Source: an uncultured virus (IMG/VR IMGVR_UViG_3300037234_000698) (lineage: Duplodnaviria > Heunggongvirae > Uroviricota > Caudoviricetes). Taken from it: DNA of 20,000 bases. Each line of letters starts with the position of its first letter. Within the stretch, counting starts at the first letter, position 1. The position numbers were made by a program, and so were the translations under genes. The notes under the pieces were generated by a model, which was given only the letters and a program-made list of their open reading frames with translations, was not told where the DNA came from and made no database searches. The stretch lies in the IMG/VR virus record IMGVR_UViG_3300037234_000698; one strand, 5' to 3'. Shown one piece after another: positions 8,625-15,276 of the stretch.

Positions 8625-9257
8625 GTGACCGCCCTGATCACCGTCAACCCGACGCCCCGGCTCGCGCCGGGTCGGCCCCCGTTCGTGACTTCCGGGTACG
8701 GGCCGCGGGAAGGCGGCATGTACTCCACCCACTTCGGCGTCGACCAGCTGGTCAAGCGCCGGGAGGGCGAGCCCGAGAAGAGCCCCGAGGCCACCCTCGG
8801 CCGCGAGCTCGGCTGGTTCCTGCCCTCGCTCGTGCTGCCGGCGGTGGCTGCTGGGGCGGGCCGGGTGATCTCCGCGCGCTGGACAAGCACTGGCTACGCG
8901 GTTCGCATCGACCACGGCGGCGGCTGGTACACGCTCTACTGCCACCTGGGCAACCTCATGGTGCGCAAGGGCCAGTACGTCGAGGCCGGCACCCCGCTCG
9001 GCTGGATCAGCTACTCGCCCTACAAGAGCGGATGCACCTCCCGGCCGGGCCAGCCCTGCAAGATCGGGCTGAACCACCTACACTGGCAGGTCGAGTACGG
9101 CGGCATCGGCAACGCCTTCGCCGTCGATCCCGAAGAGCTCTTCGGACGCCACCTCGAGAATCTGCAGATCATCGACAACCCGCTGGGGAGCTCATTCCTG
9201 GTCAAGCTGGCGCTGGCGGGCTTCGTCGCCTGGGGCGCGTATAGGCTGCTCCAATGA
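8625..9257 (+). CDS. M23-family metallopeptidase with C-terminal membrane anchor
   Basis: TSGYGPR, HFGVD (HxxxD), VRIDHGGGWYTLYCHL, VRKGQYVEAG and HLH motifs; C-terminal TM segment. Confidence 0.9.
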   Translation: MTALITVNPTPRLAPGRPPFVTSGYGPREGGMYSTHFGVDQLVKRREGEPEKSPEATLGRELGWFLPSLVLPAVAAGAGRVISARWTSTGYAVRIDHGGGWYTLYCHLGNLMVRKGQYVEAGTPLGWISYSPYKSGCTSRPGQPCKIGLNHLHWQVEYGGIGNAFAVDPEELFGRHLENLQIIDNPLGSSFLVKLALAGFVAWGAYRLLQ

Positions 9258-10600
9258 TCCACTACGTCGCATTGGACTCCAGCGGAGAGATTCTCGGGGT
9301 CGAGCCAACGGTGGACGACGCGGTGGATGCCGCCCTCGAAGCCGAGCCCGACAAGACCGTCCAGGTGCAGGAGCTCCCCGCAAAGAGCAACCCGCAGGAG
9401 ACGGTGCCGCCGGCCGAGCGCGTGGTCGCGAAGGCCGTCAAGCGGATGGGGCTCGAAGCGCTCACCGGCATGTCCACGATCCCGAGCTCGGCGGCCGATA
9501 TGGACCTCGTGGAAGCGCACGAGCGGGTCATGGGCTACTTCCAGGGCCTGCGGTCGCGCAAAGACAGCGACGTCAAGGTCTACGACACCGTCTCCGGAAC
9601 CGTTGACGCTTGGATCGGCCAGAACTATAAGACGGTGAAAGAGCACCCCGAGCAAAAGTCGAAGGTGATGGGGCTGACCCTGACGCCGCACGAGCTCGTC
9701 TACCAGATCGCGCGCAAGCCAGGCCTCTACAGTCGCAAGTTCACCAACCGGCTGAAGAAGGTGCTCCCTCCGATGCCGCATTCGTTCACGTTCTGCGCGG
9801 GCTCGAACGATCTTTGCCGCGACTCGTGCCTGGTTCACGCCGGCCAGAACTCCGGGCCGATTTACAACACGCACCGCAAGGCCATGCAGACCGCCGTGCT
9901 GCTCAACGAGCCGCAGGCCTTCATGCGCCTCCTGGTGGCGGCGGTGCAGAAGCACGAGTGCGTCGCCCCGGCCGAGGGATACGTCCCCTACATGCGCCTC
10001 AACGTGGTGTCCGACATTCCCTGGGAGCGGGTCACCCCGTGGCTCTTTGAGCTCTTCCCGGATCTTTCGTTCTATGACTACACGAAGGTGGGGAAGCGGA
10101 GCCCGCCGGACAACTACGAGCTCACCTTCTCGTTTTCGGGAGACAACAAGAGCCAGTGTCAGAGGGAGATTGCCGAGCTTGGCCGCAAGGTCGCGGTGGT
10201 GTTCCTGGCGAAGAGGTGGGGCACGAAGAAGGGCGTGAAGGGCAAGAGCTGGGTGCCGATTTGGAGGGGGGACAAGGCGGGCGTGCGACCCCTGCCGACC
10301 ACCTTCTGGGATCTGCCGGTGCTCGATGGCGACGTCAGCGACGTTCGCCCGCTGGACCCCGTGTCACCCGCGATTGTCGGCCTGCGCTGGAAGATCCCCA
10401 GCGGCAAGCGCGCCGGCAAGGTCGTGGACGCGACCCAGGAGAAGTTTACTTTCGTCACGCCGGTCTACGTGGTTGACGGAGAGGCACACATCGACGCGCC
10501 CTTTGCTCGGCCGAACCCGGCCCGAGAGCAATTCCTGATCTCCGCGGCCACCCCGAGATTTGAGAACATCATCCACGACGTCGGCCAGCCTGGGCTATGA
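9254..10600 (+). CDS. GP88-like phage protein (Cx6Cx3C cluster)
   Basis: FCAGSNDLCRDSCL, RLNVVSDIPWE, FYDYTK, PDNYELTFS, VAVVF, LDGDVSDVRPLD and IVGLRWK match the recalled GP88 family pattern. Confidence 0.75.
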   Translation: MIHYVALDSSGEILGVEPTVDDAVDAALEAEPDKTVQVQELPAKSNPQETVPPAERVVAKAVKRMGLEALTGMSTIPSSAADMDLVEAHERVMGYFQGLRSRKDSDVKVYDTVSGTVDAWIGQNYKTVKEHPEQKSKVMGLTLTPHELVYQIARKPGLYSRKFTNRLKKVLPPMPHSFTFCAGSNDLCRDSCLVHAGQNSGPIYNTHRKAMQTAVLLNEPQAFMRLLVAAVQKHECVAPAEGYVPYMRLNVVSDIPWERVTPWLFELFPDLSFYDYTKVGKRSPPDNYELTFSFSGDNKSQCQREIAELGRKVAVVFLAKRWGTKKGVKGKSWVPIWRGDKAGVRPLPTTFWDLPVLDGDVSDVRPLDPVSPAIVGLRWKIPSGKRAGKVVDATQEKFTFVTPVYVVDGEAHIDAPFARPNPAREQFLISAATPRFENIIHDVGQPGL

Positions 10601-11046
10601 GCGAGCGGAACTTCGACAGAGTCTCGGCCAGGCTCTACCAGGGCGGGCGCGTGGACGGTCGATACGCCTACAAGCCGTTCGACATGATCGTGCTCTGCTC
10701 CGAGGAACACCAGCCGCGCATGTCGAGGTTCCACGGCAAGATCGTCAGGCCTCGCTTCGACGACACCCTCTACCCCAACGAGCGAGAGACGGCCGCGGCT
10801 TTCGCGGCGGCCAAGCAGGTCGCCGGCGAGCTCTACAAGGGCGGGGTGGTCCTGGTCACATGCTCAGCCGGGCTCAACCGCAGCGGCCTGGTGACCGGCC
10901 TGGCGCTCTGCATGGGCACGAAGCTGCACGGCGAGCAGATCGTCACACTGATACGGCGAGCGCGGGGGGATTGGGCGCTAGGGAACCGGACATTTGAGAA
11001 GATGGTTCGCGACTTCGCCCAGGGGAAAGCTCGGCACCGCGCCTGA
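10597..11046 (+). CDS. Dual-specificity/tyrosine phosphatase-like protein
   Basis: P-loop VLVTCSAGLNRSG (CX5R); RLYQGG; FDD acid loop; IRRAR..ALGN..F; ATGA overlap with the upstream gene. Confidence 0.85.
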   Translation: MSERNFDRVSARLYQGGRVDGRYAYKPFDMIVLCSEEHQPRMSRFHGKIVRPRFDDTLYPNERETAAAFAAAKQVAGELYKGGVVLVTCSAGLNRSGLVTGLALCMGTKLHGEQIVTLIRRARGDWALGNRTFEKMVRDFAQGKARHRA

Positions 11047-11203
11047 GTTCCTCGATGCGCCCCTGGATAGCCGCCTGGCAGCCGGGGCAGGTAGCCTCCG
11101 ACATAAACAGGGTGGTCGCGTCGCCGGCCTCGCCGAGCTCGAGCCCACACGCGGTTTCGCGCAGGTCACCCGAAAAATCTACCCAGTGAATCCCCCCTAC
11201 CAT
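10943..11203 (-). CDS. Small Zn-binding phage protein
   Basis: AGGAGG RBS at the stop of the M23 gene; H...ACG...TCPGC motif. The 3' end overlaps the phosphatase gene convergently by about 100 bp. Confidence 0.55.
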   Translation of the reverse strand: MVGGIHWVDFSGDLRETACGLELGEAGDATTLFMSEATCPGCQAAIQGRIEELRRGAELSPGRSREPSSQMSGSLAPNPPALAVSV

Positions 11204-11216
11204 CGGTCGCAGCCTC

Positions 11217-11846
11217 CTAGCTGATCACTCGGCGACCAAAGTGGGGCAAATAGAGCCGGGGGTCAAGGGGAAGGCCGGGTCGGTCGGTCGGATTGGGGAC
11301 GCCAAACTCCCAGAGCTCTAGGTGGACGTGGTTTCTCTCGGTCGGCCCTTCGCCGACGATGCCGATCTCCTGGCCGGCATAGAGCGGCTGGCCGCCCCCC
11401 TTGCCTGGCCAGGGGTCCACGAACATCCGGCTCATGTGCGTCACGTACGAATTGAGCAGGATGCCGGCGTGGTCGCCATGGTCGATCCTGACGGTCCAGC
11501 CCCACTCGGTTTCGCCTGCGAACCAGACGCGCCCTGGGCCAACCGCGAGGGCCGGGATCTTCCCGGTGGGCACGAAATACCTGTTGTGCCCCAGGGCGCC
11601 GTCGAGGCCCCCGTAGACCTCGGGGTAGTTCTGCGGGAGCAGGTCGACCAACCAGTTGAGGTAGGCCAGGTCGCTCCCCCAGTGGTCCGGTCCCCAGCTG
11701 TTGCCGGTCCACACCGGCTCCTGATCTTGGAACACTCCCATGGGCCATACCCAGCCCGAGAAGTCTCCCTTCGGGGTTTCGGTGGCCGGCTCGACTGGGA
11801 GGCGCAGAAGAAGATCGCCGGTGGCGCCCAAGGCCGCTACCGTCAC
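11217..11846 (-). CDS. Second M23-family peptidase (no obvious TM; candidate soluble endolysin)
   Basis: WVWPM, HWGSD (HxxxD), GWTVRIDHG, YVTHM, AGQEIGIVG, NHVHLE. Confidence 0.8.
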   Translation of the reverse strand: MTVAALGATGDLLLRLPVEPATETPKGDFSGWVWPMGVFQDQEPVWTGNSWGPDHWGSDLAYLNWLVDLLPQNYPEVYGGLDGALGHNRYFVPTGKIPALAVGPGRVWFAGETEWGWTVRIDHGDHAGILLNSYVTHMSRMFVDPWPGKGGGQPLYAGQEIGIVGEGPTERNHVHLELWEFGVPNPTDRPGLPLDPRLYLPHFGRRVIS

Positions 11847-12100
11847 TGCGCGACTCGGCGCTCGGCGCGCGACCTATCCTCGATCTCGTCGAGCTTTTCT
11901 TCGAGTGCATCTAGCAGGCGGCGAGCTCCGGCGATGTGCCGGCGGGCCAGAAACGAGCTCCGGCAGGTTTCCCCGTTCCGGTCAAACTCGCGGGCAACCA
12001 TGAAGCTGACATGGCCGGTGGCGAGTCGTTCGCTAACGACCGCGACGACCCCATCGGGATCTCGCAGTGTCTCGACTTCGCGAAAGTCGGTTCGGGGCAT
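11843..12100 (-). CDS. Hypothetical protein, 85 aa
   Basis: ATG at 12100 with GAGGTG RBS; GTGA overlap with the M23 gene. Confidence 0.65.
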   Translation of the reverse strand: MPRTDFREVETLRDPDGVVAVVSERLATGHVSFMVAREFDRNGETCRSSFLARRHIAGARRLLDALEEKLDEIEDRSRAERRVAQ

Positions 12101-12279
12101 CAATACACCTCGTAGTCCGTCCAATCTCCCTGTCCCCGGAGCTTGATTGAAACCGTGCCGCCCTTCCTCGGTTTGTGCTTCCGCAAGAAGGTGTCCATCG
12201 CACCCTTCACGCTGCGAGCCCAGACTGTCGCCATCTGGCCCCCCGGCCCTCGGACGAGATATGCCTTCTCGGCTGGCAC
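12100..12279 (-). CDS. Small basic protein, 59 aa (absent from the ORF track), probably leaderless
   Basis: MPAEKAYLVRGPGGQMATVWARSVKGAMDTFLRKHKPRKGGTVSIKLRGQGDWTDYEVY; TGATG coupling to the next gene; GTG lies 6 nt after TGcTAGTAT. Confidence 0.6.
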   Translation of the reverse strand: MPAEKAYLVRGPGGQMATVWARSVKGAMDTFLRKHKPRKGGTVSIKLRGQGDWTDYEVY

Positions 12280-12294
12280 GGCCCGATACTAGCA
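12277..12294 (-). promoter_or_regulatory. Extended -10 motif plus GTG, TGCTAGTATCGGGCCGTG (inverted repeat of 14123-14140)
   Basis: 16/18 identity to 14123-14140 on the opposite strand. Confidence 0.6.
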
Positions 12295-13014
12295 TTGCTC
12301 CTCAGACCTTGCACAGCGGGATAGTTCGGGCAGCTGGTCGAGGTCGGCCGGGGTGTCTATGTCGTCGGTCCAGTCGTCGATGCCGAGGTAGAGCTCCTCG
12401 CACCACGTCATCTCGTGGTCGAAGTCGAGCTGGTCGGCGTCGGGGCCTACGACCGACTGGTGGTTACTCAGGGGCCGGAGCCCGCGGCACTGCTGAATCC
12501 ACCAGAGTAGGCGGCGCAGATGACCACCCTGGGAGCCCCCGTAGCGCACGCTCCGGCAGGGGCAGCTCACCAGGGCGCCGACCGCCTCCTCCCGAGCCCG
12601 AAGGCCGCTGGCGGCGAAGCCAAACACCTCGCCGCCGGCGGTCGAGAGATCCGACGTGCCGGCGAAGAAGAGATCGCGCTCGTCGGAGAAGATCCCGGCC
12701 AAGGCGGCGCGCGAGAACACGACGTCGCCGAGGAGCACAACCACCCGGCCGGAGGACCATAGAAAGCGGGTCTGATCGATCCCGTCAAGGATGCACTGGC
12801 CCGGATCGGGAATCGTCACCAGCGAATCGACGGCTCGAGCCAGCCTTGGCCAGCCAACGGTGGTGATCGACCGGACGTCGGCGAGCTCTCCGATCAGCCG
12901 GTGGGTGCGGCGGATGTTCGGCTCGCCGTTGACTCTCACCATCTGCTTGGGAATGCCGAGGTCGGGGAGCCTGGACTGCGAACCCTGGCACATGATCACT
13001 ACTGTCGTTTCCAC
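12289..13014 (-). CDS. NTP-transferase (sugar/choline-phosphate nucleotidyltransferase-like, GT-A fold)
   Basis: GTG 13014 after GGAGG; VIMCQGSQSRL...PKQMVRVNGEPNI (variant of LAxGxGxRL..PK), LLGDVVFS, DDIDTPADL. Confidence 0.75.
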   Translation of the reverse strand: METTVVIMCQGSQSRLPDLGIPKQMVRVNGEPNIRRTHRLIGELADVRSITTVGWPRLARAVDSLVTIPDPGQCILDGIDQTRFLWSSGRVVVLLGDVVFSRAALAGIFSDERDLFFAGTSDLSTAGGEVFGFAASGLRAREEAVGALVSCPCRSVRYGGSQGGHLRRLLWWIQQCRGLRPLSNHQSVVGPDADQLDFDHEMTWCEELYLGIDDWTDDIDTPADLDQLPELSRCARSEEQC

Positions 13015-13859
13015 ATTTCCTCCGCAACGTCGTCGAGCTCCTGGCCGCGGTCGTGGTCGACGTAGCCCATAGCCGTCGCCAGCGAGGCCCACTGCATGTG
13101 CTGCTGCAGCTTCACCGCGGCGAAGGCGTCAGGGCCGAGAGCCTGGAGGTACTCAACCGCGTAGGTGCGACGCAGCCTGTGGGGGTACAGGCTTTCAACG
13201 CCGACCTGCCTCCCGCAGTGAGCAAGAGCTCGCGCGGTTGCGCGGCCGGCGGCTGCGCGGCGAGTAGCCTCCCTGGCCCTCGGCGAAATGAGATCCTCGA
13301 CACGCTCCCACCTGACAGCTTTATTGGCTAAAAGAAGCAGATACGGTTTGAACGTGTCGAGGACTCGGAACTCCAATCTTCGGCGACCCTTGGCCTCGTA
13401 GGCAAGCGTCCCCTGGCGCAAAGCGGCGACCACCTCGCGGCGCCGGAGCCGGAGCACGTCCCCGCACCGGAAGCCGCGCGAGGCCATGAGCCCGAGCTCG
13501 GCGCGCATCGCGTCGTCGAGGTAGTCGGCACTGTTGATCTCGTCCACCAGGGCAAATAGCTCGGCGCGCTCAATCGGCACCTTCGCGCTCTTTCGCCTGG
13601 GGGCAGGCAGGCGGATCTTCTCGATCTCGACGAGCAGCTGTTGGTCGCCCTTGAACCGCGCCCAGCGCCGACAGGCCGCCGAGATGTGCCGGAGGGTCTT
13701 GGGCGCGAGCTCCGGGTCACGCAGGCGCCGGAGCGGCCCGCCCTCCCTATAGGCCTTCCGGACGTCGTGGGCGTAGAGCTTGATCGTCCCCGGCGATAGG
13801 CCGTACTCGCCCAGGTGTCCGCGGAAGCGTTCGATTTCCCTGGCTCTCGGTGGCGGCAT
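12999..13859 (-). CDS. Tyrosine recombinase/integrase, 286 aa
   Basis: SPGTIKLY SAM-like N-domain; catalytic R (GFRCGD), K (EAKGRR), HxxR (PHRLRRTYA), W (HMQWAS), Y (AMGYV). Confidence 0.92.
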   Translation of the reverse strand: MPPPRAREIERFRGHLGEYGLSPGTIKLYAHDVRKAYREGGPLRRLRDPELAPKTLRHISAACRRWARFKGDQQLLVEIEKIRLPAPRRKSAKVPIERAELFALVDEINSADYLDDAMRAELGLMASRGFRCGDVLRLRRREVVAALRQGTLAYEAKGRRRLEFRVLDTFKPYLLLLANKAVRWERVEDLISPRAREATRRAAAGRATARALAHCGRQVGVESLYPHRLRRTYAVEYLQALGPDAFAAVKLQQHMQWASLATAMGYVDHDRGQELDDVAEEMWKRQ

Positions 13860-13884
13860 GTCGGTAAAAGGAGTTTACCCGACA
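13859..13884. promoter_or_regulatory. Inverted repeat with spacer at the recombinase start (candidate att/lox/dif-like site)
   Basis: TGTCGGTAAA-AGGAG-TTTACCCGACA; arms match apart from one extra base. Confidence 0.5.
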
Positions 13885-13894
13885 GATCCCACGA

Positions 13895-13924
13895 TTGACG
13901 CAAGGCCCCGCAAGGGTTACAAAT
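13895..13924 (+). promoter_or_regulatory. Candidate sigma70 promoter TTGACG-N17-TACAAA(T) with two CGCAAGG direct repeats
   Basis: Good -35, imperfect -10; upstream of a structured region that ends in a terminator. Confidence 0.4.
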
Positions 13925-13929
13925 TGAAT

Positions 13930-14017
13930 GTCGGCGGCCCTCGGGTCGTCCCATGTCGTCCTTGCTTCGGCAGGGAGTCCCGCCTCCCCGGGTGTCCCCC
14001 TGGGGGGGCATTTTTTT
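13930..14017 (+). ncRNA. Candidate small RNA of about 88 nt
   Basis: Hairpin GGCGGCC-CTCG-GGTCGTC, hairpin TCCTTGC-TTCG-GCAGGGA, C-rich linker, then terminator; no credible ORF. Confidence 0.45.
13993..14017 (+). terminator. Rho-independent terminator
   Basis: TGTCCCC-CTGG-GGGGGCA stem-loop followed by T7. Confidence 0.7.
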
Positions 14018-14122
14018 GGCAACGCCAACGTGGGCAAGCTGGTGATCGCGAACTATCAGGTTGCCGGTCACCTGGCGTGTCACTTTCGGCCGATCCCCGT
14101 TGTAAGATCCAGCGGGGGGCCG

Positions 14123-14140
14123 TGCTAGCATCGAGCCGTG
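14123..14140 (+). promoter_or_regulatory. Extended -10 motif plus GTG, TGCTAGCATCGAGCCGTG
   Basis: TGnTANNNT; GTG start 6 nt downstream with no SD; inverted copy at 12277-12294. Confidence 0.6.
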
Positions 14141-14353
14141 AGGCTTATCGACGCGAACACGGGCCACGAGCCCAAGGTCGGCGAGACGTTCAAAAACGTG
14201 CTCGGATTCGTGACGGTGCTTCGGGTGAAGGAGGGAATCTTCTCAGCCCAGGCCCTGGTCGACGTGAACGGAGAGAAGCACTGGTGGCCGTTGGTGGTGC
14301 GCTACATGCACCCTGGCTTCATGCTCCAAAGGATCCTCTTCATTCCGAGCTAA
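14138..14353 (+). CDS. Hypothetical protein, 71 aa, probably leaderless
   Basis: Protein-like composition; its stop overlaps the convergent gene's stop. Confidence 0.6.
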   Translation: MRLIDANTGHEPKVGETFKNVLGFVTVLRVKEGIFSAQALVDVNGEKHWWPLVVRYMHPGFMLQRILFIPS

Positions 14354-14544
14354 AACAAGCTCTGCTGCGCCTTGCCCTTCCACTCCTCCGAGTCGGGGCA
14401 CGTCACCCAGTGAGGCACGCGGCCCGTGAGGGTCTGGCCGTCGTTGGTGATGAAGGTCTGCACGAGCTCGTCGCACGGCATCGGCTTGCCGGCGATGGTT
14501 TCGATCCAGACGATCTCGGCGCCGCACGACTTGCACTGCGCCAT
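14350..14544 (-). CDS. Small Zn-binding phage protein, 64 aa
   Basis: CKSCGAEIVW..T..GKPMP.D...HWVTCP, a common phage small-protein pattern; GAGG RBS and TGATG coupling. Confidence 0.75.
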   Translation of the reverse strand: MAQCKSCGAEIVWIETIAGKPMPCDELVQTFITNDGQTLTGRVPHWVTCPDSEEWKGKAQQSLF

Positions 14545-14804
14545 CAGAGAGCCGCCTCGACGCAGCGCGGGCAGTAGTCGACGGTGTCCTCGATGTCCCC
14601 GACTTCGACGTCGCCGATCTTGGTGCGGTGCTCTTCGCAGACGCGCATATCGCACACCCCCGACTTCTTCCTCGGCCGCGGCCCGTCGCACTCATACGCC
14701 GCGTAATTGTCGCAGCCTCGCACCTGGCACTTGCGCGGCCTAACGCCGCGACAGCAGACGATTGCGACCGTTCCGTCGCGCGTCTTGAAGGTTTCGCACA
14801 CCAT
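14544..14804 (-). CDS. Cys-rich phage protein, 86 aa
   Basis: ATG 14804 after GGGAGGGG; C..C...CD...CD..VC..H...DYCP.C. Confidence 0.75.
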   Translation of the reverse strand: MVCETFKTRDGTVAIVCCRGVRPRKCQVRGCDNYAAYECDGPRPRKKSGVCDMRVCEEHRTKIGDVEVGDIEDTVDYCPRCVEAAL

Positions 14805-14842
14805 TTTGCCCCTCCCGTCGGCTATTCCCGATGTCTCCGCTG

Positions 14843-14972
14843 ACGTTAGCACAATGATCCGGACTACCTCCACTGTTCACAGTTTGTCCACAGCCGGGAG
14901 TCGAAGTGGTTTCGGTGATCTGCGAATTTGTCGCACAAAAAACTTGCCCGACCGTGCGGCCGATGGTTTGAT
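14843..14972. promoter_or_regulatory. Divergent control region: leftward TGcTAACGT, two DnaA-box-like 9-mers, TGCGA-N5-TCGCA dyad, rightward TTGCCC-N17-TTTGAT
   Basis: CTGTTCACA 14873-14881; TTGTCCACA 14884-14892; dyad 14921-14935; A-tract, then -35 at 14944-14949 and TG-extended -10 at 14967-14972. Confidence 0.55.
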
Positions 14973-14982
14973 GCGCGTCGCC

Positions 14983-15276
14983 ATGGGGGACAACATGCGG
15001 GTGCGTGATCGGATTAGGGGAGCACGCGAGGTGGCCGGGCTTACGGCCGCCCAGTGCGCCCGAGCAATGGGCTGGTCGCACCACAAAATGTGGCAGCGAC
15101 TCGAGGACGGCGAGCGGAAGGTCGACCTCGAAGAGATCGCCTCTATCGCCAGCATTCTCGGCGTGACCGTCTCGCACCTATTCGGCGAGCAGCCGGTGAT
15201 GCTACCTCACTACAAAAAGCGCGGACGACGACCTGGGACTGCACTCGTGGGGGACGCCGGTGGATTGGGAAAATGA
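14983..15276 (+). CDS. XRE-family HTH regulator (cro-like position)
   Basis: RIRGAREVAGLTAAQCARAMGWS...QRLEDGERKVDLEEIASIASILGVTVSHLF. Start is 14983 or 14995. Confidence 0.85.
   Translation: MGDNMRVRDRIRGAREVAGLTAAQCARAMGWSHHKMWQRLEDGERKVDLEEIASIASILGVTVSHLFGEQPVMLPHYKKRGRRPGTALVGDAGGLGK

Noticed and set aside
13930..14082. tRNA or tRNA fragment as an att core next to the recombinase
   Set aside because: No cloverleaf, T-loop GTTCRA or CCA end was recognisable.
13780..14577. 265-aa plus ORF and 279-aa minus ORF (13328-14167) spanning the recombinase upstream region
   Set aside because: Low-complexity translations that cross a terminator and overlap better-supported genes.
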